This document shows, one piece after another, positions 47,384 through 59,833 of a stretch of 64,000 bases of DNA. The DNA is from an uncultured bacterium. GTDB taxonomy: Bacteria > Hydrothermota > Tepidihabitantia > SM23-42 > CAYGYG01. The DNA lies in NCBI GenBank assembly GCA_964354155.1, contig CAYGYG010000001.1, forward strand, positions 139,121 to 203,120, in the 5' to 3' direction. The translations under genes and the position numbers were made by a program. The notes under the pieces are model-generated. The model ran no database searches and was not told where the DNA came from. It worked only from the letters and a program-made list of their open reading frames with translations. Positions within the stretch are counted from its first letter, which is position 1. Every line of letters starts with the position of its first letter.

Positions 47384-48898
47384 CAGCCTCCTTTCGATTC
47401 GGACGTGTACCTTTCCGTCCTGCCATGGTTGTCCGGCGGGGAAGGCGACGTCAAGCTGGCCACTGAGCACGCGGCTTCGGGCTTCGACGCCGATTCCATA
47501 GGCCAGATGGCGCTCCGTCGAAGCCACCCCGTCGTCCAGGATGGCAAGGCCGTCCAGGAACGGATAGAGGGGGAACTTCTTGTATTCGAGACTGAACCAG
47601 ATTGCTTTCTCGGCGAGAAATTCATCTTCCCAGTAACCCCTCAGGGTACGGGCGCCGCCGAGGCGGAAAAGGTTCTGTTCCTGAATAGGTTCTTCCCAGA
47701 GCCAGGCCAGATGGTTAGCCAGGACGAAATCGCCGAGCATGTGGCGGCCGTCGATCCGGGCCGTCACCCGACGATCGTTGCGGTCGTAGAAACCGACTTC
47801 CACCCGCAGCGTATCCCGGATGCGATCCTGATCGATGATGGTGCCCAGGCTCACGAGTTGAAGTCGCTCGCCGCGTGAGTCTTCGATGCCCCAGGCCGCG
47901 GCGAGATGGAAATCGGTGAATATCTCTCGCAGAACTTGGGCTAGCACACGAATCTTGCGGCGATCGTCATAAGTCTCCTGGTCAAGGGAAAGCCGGATCC
48001 GGGCCGGGAAGATCAACCAGGGCTCACCGTAGGCAATGCCGAAGTCACGACCTTGATGGTCGTAATTTAGGAAAAAAGTGCGGGCGGTGCCGAGCAGATT
48101 GAAGAAGTTTAGATTCAAATCGAAATTGAACTTGGCCGGTTCGGGGCGATAGTCGGCCCGACCCTCGATGTAGTCCTGCTTCTGTTCGTCGACAACCAGT
48201 CTTAGATAGTATTGGTTGTCCCGGGCCACGACCGATTCTTCGATGCGGCTGAAAAGCCCGGTCTTGAAAAGCCGGGCTTTCTGTCGTCGAATCTGCGAGG
48301 ACTTGAACAGAGAATCACCGCTGAGCGCGAACATCCGGCGGATCACAAAATCGCGCGTTGCCCGGTTGCCGGCAACGTCGATACCGCCAAGATGAACGAC
48401 CGGTCCTTCGTTGATGACAAACGCCATGATCAACGTGTCGGTGCCCGCCGACGAATCACGTACCGATATCCGGACCAGGGGCAGGCCGGCATCGCCGTAG
48501 ACATCGAACAGCCGCTCGATGTTGCTCTCCACCCGTCGGCGGTCAAAGAACAGGGGAGCCGCGAACGGCAGTTTCCTGAGCATCCATGAGGTGGCAAAGG
48601 TGCGGTTACCTTCAAGGATGAATTCCTTGATGACGTGGCGGGAGCCGGGCCGTACTTGGTAGAGGATATGTCCATTTTTGATTTCGTGCTCAACTGCTGC
48701 GTCCAGATACCCGGCCTCATGGTGACGGCGGACAATCGTCGAGATATCGGAGGCAACGTGGACGGCCGTGGTCGTTTTCTTGTCCAGGGGATGGATTACG
48801 GCGCTGTTCCTGATTTTGACGCGGTAGATACTGTCTCTTGCTTCCGACCCAGGATCGGCCGTGGAAAGCATCAATGCAAAAACAAGTAGGGACGCCAT
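47381..48898 (-). CDS. Omp85-family outer-membrane protein (BamA/TamA-like, POTRA plus beta-barrel)
   Basis: Signal peptide. POTRA-like N-terminal region. Barrel region with ...NLFRLGGARTLRGYWEDEF... (the Omp85 GG..RGY motif). About 505 aa. Confidence 0.7.
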   Translation of the reverse strand: MASLLVFALMLSTADPGSEARDSIYRVKIRNSAVIHPLDKKTTTAVHVASDISTIVRRHHEAGYLDAAVEHEIKNGHILYQVRPGSRHVIKEFILEGNRTFATSWMLRKLPFAAPLFFDRRRVESNIERLFDVYGDAGLPLVRISVRDSSAGTDTLIMAFVINEGPVVHLGGIDVAGNRATRDFVIRRMFALSGDSLFKSSQIRRQKARLFKTGLFSRIEESVVARDNQYYLRLVVDEQKQDYIEGRADYRPEPAKFNFDLNLNFFNLLGTARTFFLNYDHQGRDFGIAYGEPWLIFPARIRLSLDQETYDDRRKIRVLAQVLREIFTDFHLAAAWGIEDSRGERLQLVSLGTIIDQDRIRDTLRVEVGFYDRNDRRVTARIDGRHMLGDFVLANHLAWLWEEPIQEQNLFRLGGARTLRGYWEDEFLAEKAIWFSLEYKKFPLYPFLDGLAILDDGVASTERHLAYGIGVEARSRVLSGQLDVAFPAGQPWQDGKVHVRIERRL

Positions 48899-49377
48899 CG
48901 CTCATCCGGCTTGCCCAGTGCGCTGACAATGAAGGCAAAAGCGTGGGGTTTCTTGGGCTTGCGCCGGAGCTGCATCGTGACCTCCTCGAGATTCCGGCCT
49001 CCCTTGTGGTTGTTACAGGCAACGCATGCGCAAACGAGGTTCTCCCACGACTCGTCGCCGCCCAGTGACTTGGGCCGGACATGGTCGGTGGTCATTACTC
49101 CGGTTATCGTACCGCAGTACTGACATTGGCTGTTGTCGCGCCGGATGATGTTCTTCTTAGTCAAGGCGATCTCTTTTCTTTTGATATTGATGTAGTATTT
49201 CAAGCGGAGTACCGAGGGGATCGGCAGGGAAATCGACACCGAGCGAATACGCTCGTGATCCCGGTTCTCGAGGAGCTCAGCCTTGTCAAGGATCAACAGG
49301 TTGAGAGCCCGCCTCACCTTGCAGACGGTCAGCGGTTCATAATTCTGGTTGAGAACCAGGACCCGCGCATTGAGCAT
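48871..49377 (-). CDS. HNH endonuclease family protein
   Basis: CQYCG...HVRPKSLGGDESWENLVCACVACNNHKG is the canonical HNH motif (CxxC...H...N...CxxC.N.K). The start MLNARVLVLNQ overlaps the upstream stop (TAATG). The supplied ORF is longer (to 49662), but that N-terminal part overlaps the upstream gene in another frame. Confidence 0.7.
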   Translation of the reverse strand: MLNARVLVLNQNYEPLTVCKVRRALNLLILDKAELLENRDHERIRSVSISLPIPSVLRLKYYINIKRKEIALTKKNIIRRDNSQCQYCGTITGVMTTDHVRPKSLGGDESWENLVCACVACNNHKGGRNLEEVTMQLRRKPKKPHAFAFIVSALGKPDERWRPYLFLH

Positions 49378-49733
49378 TAGCCGCCGCCGGTCCCTTCGGT
49401 GACCTCGATTTTGATGATGTAGTCCTTTCGGAAGAGAGGCGTTTCCACCGCGTCGTCGTATTCGACGGCCACTTTCATCGAATCCTTGTGGGGTCGTGTT
49501 ATCACGACCTTTGCGGGGAGGATGACGATCCCCCGTTCCTTTCCGTAGGTGACGATATCTTCGATGAGCCACACGGGCATTTCGAAGAACCGGGTTTGAA
49601 TCGTATCGCGTACTTTGCCGGTCAGCCACTTCTTGGTAAACCACACTGAACCGAAGCTCCACACCAGGTAGATCAGAACACCGAAAAAGACAACGAGAAA
49701 AATCGCTGCTCCGGCACTCATGCCGCGTCTCAT
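49377..49733 (-). CDS. small membrane-anchored protein, unknown
   Basis: 118 aa with an N-terminal TM helix AAIFLVVFFGVLIYLVWSFGSVWF. It is the first gene of the minus-strand operon. Confidence 0.5.
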   Translation of the reverse strand: MRRGMSAGAAIFLVVFFGVLIYLVWSFGSVWFTKKWLTGKVRDTIQTRFFEMPVWLIEDIVTYGKERGIVILPAKVVITRPHKDSMKVAVEYDDAVETPLFRKDYIIKIEVTEGTGGG

Positions 49734-49766
49734 GCTAACCTCCTTGATTCTAAGCTCAACATACAG

Positions 49767-49839
49767 TGGAGCCGACGGGATTCGAACCCGTGACCTTCTG
49801 ACTGCCAGTCAGACGCGCTCCCAACTGCGCCACGGCCCC
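49767..49839 (-). tRNA. tRNA-Ala (anticodon GGC)
   Basis: The reverse complement GGGGCCGTGGCGCAGTTGGGAGCGCGTCTGACTGGCAGTCAGAAGGTCACGGGTTCGAATCCCGTCGGCTCCA has the G3:U70 Ala identity pair, anticodon loop CTGGCAG, and T-arm GGTTCGAATCC. Confidence 0.9.
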
Positions 49840-50001
49840 GAAACGGCAAGCAGGGCAGAGGATACAGGGAACAGCCCGTAACCAGACCCTGACTTCCGGA
49901 GATAGCAGCAAGGTGCAAGCACCCACACCGATATCCCGCTTCAATACTACGTAGGAATCGAGGAATGTCAACAGAAAACAGGGGTTAGCGGGCAGCGAAG
50001 G

Positions 50002-51921
50002 TTATTTTCTGTCCTTCAGAACGCGGATATCGCCGCGGCGGAGTGTGATACCCTTCATGTCAAAGTGGCCCAGCAGGGGGATCGCATACTTACGGGAGGT
50101 GCCGAGTTTTTCCTTGAAATCACCGGCCCTCATTTCAGCATTTGCCGCGAAATGGTTTCTGGCAACCTGCTCGGCTTCCTCGATTGCGCGCCGGTGGAAG
50201 ACCATGTTTTCGCCGACATTGACAAGTTTGCCGGAATTGACCAGAAAAGCGAAGAGTTCTTTGACTTTAGCCTCGTTTCCCTTTACCGCCTTAATGGTCT
50301 CTTCGAGCGACGGCGGTGCGAACTTGTTCGCCAGGAACAACTGCTCAATCCGGTCACACAGCGCCCGGTCGGCCTCGGTGAGGGCAACCTGGAAATCAGG
50401 CAAGGTGATGGAAACGCCGCCCTCGAACTTGAGCTTGCCCTGGCGGGCAAGTGCCTTGAGCAGCGTGTTAAAAAGCTCCAGTTTCATTTCACTGGGGAAA
50501 AGGGCTCTGAGTTCCGAGTGTTTTACCTCAAACTTGAGGGGATTGTCTTTCAAGAGCTTCCCAACCGACTTGATGATTGCTGCCTGGTTGTCCGCGAAAT
50601 TGGCGCTATTGTAGTATGCGGTGCGCCCCTCGGAGTCCAGGGCAATGATGCTCTTCTCGCTCTGCAGCCGATCCAGGAGCGGGGCTAGTTTGGCCAGTTC
50701 AATACCCGCGTGGTGAGATATCTGCTCGGCGCTCAGCGGACCGGCCCGGGAACCGCGGATAACTTCGCTGACGATATCTTCGGGCCGCTCGGTGGTCAAG
50801 GCGGCCAGGCGCTCGATCAGTGGGCGGTCGTAACGGACGGCTCGTTCGGGATTCGGTTCGAGCACGACCCCACCGCCGATCGTCTTCTGGGGCGAGTAGA
50901 AACGAATGACAAAACGGTCGGTTCGGTCGCAGACGGCAGGTCTTTCCATTTTGAACTGAACGAGTCCGGTCTCGCCGGCATGCAGGTCTTTCCGGTCAAT
51001 GAGGAAGACGCGGCACATGATTTCGGACGTGCCGACATGAAGCCGTACCCGTGCCATGTGCTTGAGCGGCCCGGCGAAGTCCTTGAGCATGGAGAGAGAC
51101 CCGTTCATGATGCTGGTCGGCTTGAAGTAGCCGGGCGCTGCGATCACGTCACCCCGGTTGATAATTTCCTTTTCGATGCCCAGCAGGTTGAACGCGGCCC
51201 GTTCGCCCAGCTTCGCGGTGTCAACCGACTGGTTGTGAACCTGGATACCGCGGATTCGAACGTCTCTCCGGTGGGGCAGGAGTTCCAGCTGGTCACCGAC
51301 GTGGGCCCGGCCGGACAGCACGGTTCCGGCGACAACGGTGCCGAAACCTTTCATTGAGAAAATCCGGTCGATGGGCAGTCGAAAGATGCCGCGGTCGACT
51401 TTCGGGTGCACTTCCTCCAGGAGCCGGCCCAATTCCTGCTTCAGGTGCTCGATACCCTCGCCGGTGACCGACGACACGGGCACGATCGGGGCATCGGCCA
51501 AGAACGAGCCTTCGAGGAATTTTCGGACATCACTGGTGACCATGTCAACCCAGTCTTTTTCCACGATATCGATCTTGTTGATGACGGTAAGTCCTTTCTT
51601 GATGTTGAGCAACCGGGCGATTTCGAAATGCTCAATCGTCTGGGGCATGATGCCGTCGTCGGCGGCGATAACCAGGATGATGAAGTCAATAGTCGTCGCG
51701 CCGGCCAACATGTTCTTGACGAATTTCTCGTGACCGGGTACGTCGATGAAGGTGATATTCTCACCCCAGAAGGCAAATCCGAGGTCAATCGTCATGCCCC
51801 GTTCTCTTTCTTCGGGGAGGCGGTCAGGGTCGGTTCCGGTAATCGCCTTGACCAGGGCGCTCTTGCCGTGGTCGATATGCCCGGCGGTACCGATGACGAT
51901 GTGTCGGCCTGCGAAATCCAT
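50002..51921 (-). CDS. selB: selenocysteine-specific translation elongation factor
   Basis: [29 protein letters not shown] is the GTPase G1 motif; DVPGHEKF is the G3 motif. The long C-terminal extension of winged-helix domains gives 640 aa. The stop of selA lies 2 nt upstream. Confidence 0.85.
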   Translation of the reverse strand: MDFAGRHIVIGTAGHIDHGKSALVKAITGTDPDRLPEERERGMTIDLGFAFWGENITFIDVPGHEKFVKNMLAGATTIDFIILVIAADDGIMPQTIEHFEIARLLNIKKGLTVINKIDIVEKDWVDMVTSDVRKFLEGSFLADAPIVPVSSVTGEGIEHLKQELGRLLEEVHPKVDRGIFRLPIDRIFSMKGFGTVVAGTVLSGRAHVGDQLELLPHRRDVRIRGIQVHNQSVDTAKLGERAAFNLLGIEKEIINRGDVIAAPGYFKPTSIMNGSLSMLKDFAGPLKHMARVRLHVGTSEIMCRVFLIDRKDLHAGETGLVQFKMERPAVCDRTDRFVIRFYSPQKTIGGGVVLEPNPERAVRYDRPLIERLAALTTERPEDIVSEVIRGSRAGPLSAEQISHHAGIELAKLAPLLDRLQSEKSIIALDSEGRTAYYNSANFADNQAAIIKSVGKLLKDNPLKFEVKHSELRALFPSEMKLELFNTLLKALARQGKLKFEGGVSITLPDFQVALTEADRALCDRIEQLFLANKFAPPSLEETIKAVKGNEAKVKELFAFLVNSGKLVNVGENMVFHRRAIEEAEQVARNHFAANAEMRAGDFKEKLGTSRKYAIPLLGHFDMKGITLRRGDIRVLKDRK

Positions 51922-51922
51922 A

Positions 51923-53323
51923 CTAAAGAACCGTTTGCAGGGCCTTGATGATAATCGGTACTTCGTCCGGCCGTATTGTACGGAAGTCCAGCAGCAGCTT
52001 TCCTCCGGCAACGCGGCCGAAGATCGGGATGACGTTGTTCCGCAGCCTCAGGGCAAGCTCTTCGACTTTCATGTTCTTCGGCGTGAGCGTGGCAACGAAG
52101 GTCGGCAGACTCTCGGTCGCGAGTGAGCCGCCGCCGATCTCAGAGCGGTCTTCGGCAACCGTGACGGCCAATCGGCCGGCAAGTGATTCCGCGACCTGCA
52201 CGGCAAACGCTTGAGCTTGCGCACGAATGGTGTCCGTGTTTTCCGCAATCATGCCCAGGGTTGCGTGGTTGGCAAAGAGAGTTTTCTCGTCTAAGAACAG
52301 ACGCAAAGTTGCCTCCAATGCGGCGTAAGTCAGTTTTCCGCACCGGAGCGCGCGGGTCAACGGATTCTTCTTTATGGAATCGATGTACTTTTTCCGGCCG
52401 ACGATGATCCCGGACTGCGGACCGCCGATCAGCTTGTCACCGCTGAAACAAATGACATCCGCACCGGCCTCGACGCTTTCCTGCACCGTCGGTTCCTTGG
52501 GGAGTCCGTGTTTTGAAAGATCGACCAGGGCGCCGCTGCCGAGATCGTCAATCACCAACACCTTGAATTCGCGTCCCAGGGCGACCAAGTCGGCGAGGGA
52601 CACTTCGGCGACAAATCCGGTTATCTTGTAGTTGCTGGTGTGCACCCGGAGCAGGGCCGCCGTGTTGGGCGTAATCGCCGAGCGGTAATCCTTGAGATGT
52701 GTCCGGTTGGTCGTACCAACTTCAACCATGGTTGCCCCGCTCTTGGCCATGATGTCGGGGATGCGGAACGAACCGCCGATCTCGACGAGCTGGCCGCGCG
52801 AGACTATGACTTCCCGGCCGTTGGTCAGGGTATCAAGAATCAAAAGCGTTGCGGCTGCATTGTTGTTGACGACCACCGAAGCCTCGGCGCCGGTGAGAAA
52901 GCCGAGCAGCTTCTCGACGTGGCGGTATCTTTCGGCGCGTTTGCCCTTTTCCCGATCGATGGCGAGATTGGAGAAGTTCTCGGCGGCAGCGGCGATGGCC
53001 TGACGGGCGGCCGGACTGAACGGCGCCCGGCCCAGTCCGGTGTGAAGAATGACGCCCTGGGCATTGACCGCGCGAACCAAGCTGGGCCGCATGAAGTCCT
53101 CGACTTCGTGGATGATACCGTTGACGAGCAGATCTTCTTCTATTGGCGGAGTTTTTCCCTTGGTCTCCTTAAGCGTCTGGCGGCATGCATCAAGCTTCTT
53201 ACGCACTGTCTCCACGACAATGCCGCGTTGGGTCCGTTCAATCAGCTTGACGATTTCAGGCCGAGTGAGGATGTACTCGACCGAGGGAATCTTACTCAAC
53301 AACCTGCTTCTGTCTACAGCCAT
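51923..53323 (-). CDS. selA: L-seryl-tRNA(Sec) selenium transferase
   Basis: 466 aa. N-terminal [19 protein letters not shown]. The PLP fold includes ...[17 protein letters not shown]... with the Lys of the SelA active-site block. It is adjacent to selB. Confidence 0.85.
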   Translation of the reverse strand: MAVDRSRLLSKIPSVEYILTRPEIVKLIERTQRGIVVETVRKKLDACRQTLKETKGKTPPIEEDLLVNGIIHEVEDFMRPSLVRAVNAQGVILHTGLGRAPFSPAARQAIAAAAENFSNLAIDREKGKRAERYRHVEKLLGFLTGAEASVVVNNNAAATLLILDTLTNGREVIVSRGQLVEIGGSFRIPDIMAKSGATMVEVGTTNRTHLKDYRSAITPNTAALLRVHTSNYKITGFVAEVSLADLVALGREFKVLVIDDLGSGALVDLSKHGLPKEPTVQESVEAGADVICFSGDKLIGGPQSGIIVGRKKYIDSIKKNPLTRALRCGKLTYAALEATLRLFLDEKTLFANHATLGMIAENTDTIRAQAQAFAVQVAESLAGRLAVTVAEDRSEIGGGSLATESLPTFVATLTPKNMKVEELALRLRNNVIPIFGRVAGGKLLLDFRTIRPDEVPIIIKALQTVL

Positions 53324-53432
53324 AGAGTTTTCTCCGCTATTCTATTGGTATTTGAGGATAAGTCAACAGGTATGTGGCGTACGCCATTCTGTGATTGACA
53401 ATCGGCCGATATCTGCTATTAATAGTACCGCA

Positions 53433-53948
53433 ATGGACGCGAAGTTTCTCGGCGATGCCATGCTCGGCAAGCTGGTCCGATACCTGAGAATACTTGGCTT
53501 TGATACCAGCTATCTGAAGAATACCTCCAAAGAGAAGCTATTACTCGAGTCACGTCGCGACCACCGCATCATCCTGACCCGTGACCGCAAGATGACCGGG
53601 AGGCCCGAAGTATTGATCGTGGATTCCGAAGACGCGGATGAGCAACTGCGCCAGGTGACGAGGGCCCTCAAGCTGGCGCCAAAAGGCAGATATTTCTGCC
53701 GCTGCATTGTCTGTAACACTTCCTTGGTTCCGATCAACAAGCTGGAAGTCGCCGGCCGCGTTCCGTACTACACCTATAAGCATTTCGACAACTTCTCGGT
53801 ATGTCCCGCGTGCCGGCGCGTCTACTGGGCTGGCAGTCATCATGCCAATATGAAGAAGAAGATTGAAGAAATGCTGGGAACAGCTTCGCCGAGCAAGCGG
53901 CGACGAAGAACGGTAAAGAGTAAGCGAGATGAGAAACCGAGCGGCTAA
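53433..53948 (+). CDS. Mut7-C RNase domain protein (DUF82, PIN-like plus Zn-ribbon)
   Basis: MDAKFLGDAMLGKLVRYLRILGFDT... with a C-terminal CRCIVCN...CPACRR zinc ribbon. The supplied ORF begins at 53049, but the conserved domain starts at 53433. Confidence 0.65.
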   Translation: MDAKFLGDAMLGKLVRYLRILGFDTSYLKNTSKEKLLLESRRDHRIILTRDRKMTGRPEVLIVDSEDADEQLRQVTRALKLAPKGRYFCRCIVCNTSLVPINKLEVAGRVPYYTYKHFDNFSVCPACRRVYWAGSHHANMKKKIEEMLGTASPSKRRRRTVKSKRDEKPSG

Positions 53949-55107
53949 ACTGACGTTGGTCGTCTTGTTGTTGATTTGCGGTGGCTGCATGCACTTTGTG
54001 GCCAAGCCGCCGAAACTACCTGACGATCATATTCGTGTTGCTGTGCTCACCCAGTTCGACTCGTTCGCCTTTTCGTGCGACGGGCGGTACAAGATCGTCG
54101 TCGGCGGTCGATCCTTCAAAGGTCGACCGCGCGATGCGGTGATGATTTCGGTTGACGGCACCGACATACGTCTGCGGCTTGGCCGGGGCACCGCACGAAT
54201 CGAGGATTCGATCGTCTACTTCTTACCCCAGAGCAAGTCCTTCAAGATCGATACGAAGCTCTATCGCGGCATTCTGATTTTGCGTTCGGTCGGGGCTCAG
54301 AACTACCTCATCAATGTTCTGTCCCTTGAAGACTATCTTAAGGGCGTGGTACCGGCCGAGCTCGGTTCGACCCGGCCCGAGGTCTTTGAAGCCATGAAGG
54401 CGCAAGCGGTCGCGGCCCGGACGTATGCTCATGCCCATAAGGGGAAGAACTCCCGGCTTGGTTTTGACCTTTTCGCAACGGTTCAGGACCAGGTCTATGG
54501 CGGGATTAACGTTGAGAATGACCTGGTCAATCGCGCGATAAGAGAGACCAAAAACGAGATCTTGACCTACCAGGGACGGCCGATCGAAGCCAAGTACCAC
54601 TCGACATGCGGTGGTCGAACAGCAAATTCCTACGACATCTGGGCGGATACCGCGATTCCCTACCTCAAGAGCGTTGACGACCCTTATTGCAGCAAGTCCC
54701 CGCACACCTCATGGCAGGAAGATATCTCGTTTTCGAAATTGATGAAGAACTTGGGCTATGATTCATTGAGCAACGAACGAATTACAAAGATTTTACTCAG
54801 ACGCAACACCCAGTCCGGCCGGGTTATCGAGATGACCATTGTTACCAACCTACGAGAAGAGAAGATACCCAAGTGGAAGATAAGAAAGGCGCTGGTTGGT
54901 GAATTGGCCTCAACGGGAATGCTGAGAAGCACATATCTTGACATGGCCACCATCCGGGGACAGATAAGGATCAGCGGCCGGGGCTATGGGCACGGTGTTG
55001 GGCTGTGCCAGTATGGCTCAATGGAAATGGCCCGGCAGGGAAAGGACTACGCCAAGATACTCGAGTTTTACTACCCTGGGAGTAGGCTACGAAAGAAGCG
55101 CCTTTGA
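53929..55107 (+). CDS. SpoIID/LytB domain lipoprotein
   Basis: Lipobox LLICGGC. INVLSLEDYLKGVVPAELG...EAMKAQAVAARTYA...KYHSTCGGRTAN are SpoIID/LytB signature blocks. Confidence 0.8.
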   Translation: MRNRAAKLTLVVLLLICGGCMHFVAKPPKLPDDHIRVAVLTQFDSFAFSCDGRYKIVVGGRSFKGRPRDAVMISVDGTDIRLRLGRGTARIEDSIVYFLPQSKSFKIDTKLYRGILILRSVGAQNYLINVLSLEDYLKGVVPAELGSTRPEVFEAMKAQAVAARTYAHAHKGKNSRLGFDLFATVQDQVYGGINVENDLVNRAIRETKNEILTYQGRPIEAKYHSTCGGRTANSYDIWADTAIPYLKSVDDPYCSKSPHTSWQEDISFSKLMKNLGYDSLSNERITKILLRRNTQSGRVIEMTIVTNLREEKIPKWKIRKALVGELASTGMLRSTYLDMATIRGQIRISGRGYGHGVGLCQYGSMEMARQGKDYAKILEFYYPGSRLRKKRL

Positions 55108-55713
55108 TCGGGCGAAACGATTTATGCCGCGCGGCGAGGCGACGCGGAAAATCTTCATGCCGATTTTTAAGGCCGGGATGAGGTCGACGTCGACCCGGTC
55201 ACCCACCGAAAAACACTCATGCGGCTGTACCTTCAACTTCCTTGCCACTTCGAGAAAAACCCTCCGATCGGGTTTGAGCAAACCGCTATCGGTGAAGCTT
55301 TGGATGACACTGAAGAATTGCCTGACGCCGAGGGCTTCAAGAATACGTTCCGTTTGGACCCGGTTATTATTTGTCACCACGGCAAGTCGGTAGTGCCGCC
55401 CTAGTTTCCGCAAGACCTTTATCAATCCAGTATTTTTCTTCAGATGGTCGCCCGGGTCAAAGAATCTCGTATTATGGCGGTGCCAGTACTTCACGGGGAC
55501 CCCGAACGAACGCAGCGTATGGGCATAGGGTATGCGGAAGCCTTTTTGTCTTGACCGCTGAGCGCGTTGCTGCTCGACTAGTTTCCGTGCTTCTTCCAGG
55601 TCGATCCTCGAGAATCGAGCAAGGGTGAAGTGGGCGGCTTCCGCGAATCTGCGTTCGATCGTCCTGCTCTTGTACAGGGTGCCGTCGAGGTCGAAAATCA
55701 CCGCCCTAATCAT
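55087..55713 (-). CDS. HAD-superfamily hydrolase
   Basis: VIFDLDGTL (motif I), ...VVTNN... (motif II), VGDRVDVD (motif IV). Confidence 0.75.
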   Translation of the reverse strand: MIRAVIFDLDGTLYKSRTIERRFAEAAHFTLARFSRIDLEEARKLVEQQRAQRSRQKGFRIPYAHTLRSFGVPVKYWHRHNTRFFDPGDHLKKNTGLIKVLRKLGRHYRLAVVTNNNRVQTERILEALGVRQFFSVIQSFTDSGLLKPDRRVFLEVARKLKVQPHECFSVGDRVDVDLIPALKIGMKIFRVASPRGINRFARSKALLS

Positions 55714-56414
55714 GCTCGGAATCTTCGGCCCGTGAAAAGCTCTTTGATCAGAAACTTCACAAACATGATGCCGACCGGGATCGATTTAGCCTTGCTCACG
55801 CCGCCGATCCGGTCACCTTCATACGATGCAATCTCGGCCACCGGCATTTTCAATTTCATTGCCCGGATTGACAGCTGATATTCAATAGTGAAGGCGTGCG
55901 TCGTTGGGTTCATGCGAAGAAAGGCTTCTTTCTTGATCCCCCGGAAACCATTGATGGTATCGGTAATGCGGCCGCGCCAGATCGAATTGGCCATGAAGCT
56001 GAAGCACCGGTTGGCCCAGGCGCGCCAGGGGAAAGTCAGATCGTCTTCTTCGTTGCGTGCCCCGGCCATGAAGCGTGAGGCGATGGCCATGTCGCAGCCG
56101 GATTCGAGCAAGTTGAATAACCTCATGATGTCGGCCGGGTCTTCATTGCCGTCCGGGCTGAAAAACACGATGTTTTCACCCTTGGCCTCACGGATGCCGA
56201 TGCGGAAAGCATCACCGCGTCCTCTCCGGTCTTGAAACACCACTGGTGTTTTCTTGGTCTGGAAGAACTCAATCGTACCGTCGGTCGAACCGCCGTCGAT
56301 GACAAAGCACTCATCGACTTTGGAGAAGGGGATTTTGTCGAACAACGTCTTGATTCCTTCAATCTCATTGTATGTCAGCAAGACCAGGGTATTCTTTATT
56401 TTCCTCTCATTCAT
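55710..56414 (-). CDS. family 2 glycosyltransferase (polyprenyl-phosphate sugar synthase, DPM1/ArnC-like)
   Basis: VLLTYNE...IDGGSTDGT...FFSPDGNEDP is a GT-A fold with the DxD-like motif. Length 234 aa. Confidence 0.75.
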   Translation of the reverse strand: MNERKIKNTLVLLTYNEIEGIKTLFDKIPFSKVDECFVIDGGSTDGTIEFFQTKKTPVVFQDRRGRGDAFRIGIREAKGENIVFFSPDGNEDPADIMRLFNLLESGCDMAIASRFMAGARNEEDDLTFPWRAWANRCFSFMANSIWRGRITDTINGFRGIKKEAFLRMNPTTHAFTIEYQLSIRAMKLKMPVAEIASYEGDRIGGVSKAKSIPVGIMFVKFLIKELFTGRRFRA

Positions 56415-56427
56415 GGAACCTCAACTT

Positions 56428-59769
<3,342 letters not shown>

Positions 59770-59833
59770 CGATTAGAGAATAGCGCTTCTGGCGGGACAA
59801 TCCACTCGACTAGAATGCAGGCGGGCGGCAAAT

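Noticed and set aside
48871-49662. 263-aa version of the HNH ORF
   Set aside because: The first 95 codons are Arg-rich and overlap the upstream small membrane protein gene. The HNH domain protein starts at the ATG overlapping that gene's stop (TAATG at 49375-49379).
53049-53432. N-terminal 128-codon extension of the Mut7-C gene in the ORF track
   Set aside because: The extension overlaps the 5' end of selA on the other strand and is Ser/Arg-rich. The conserved Mut7-C domain begins at the ATG at 53433.
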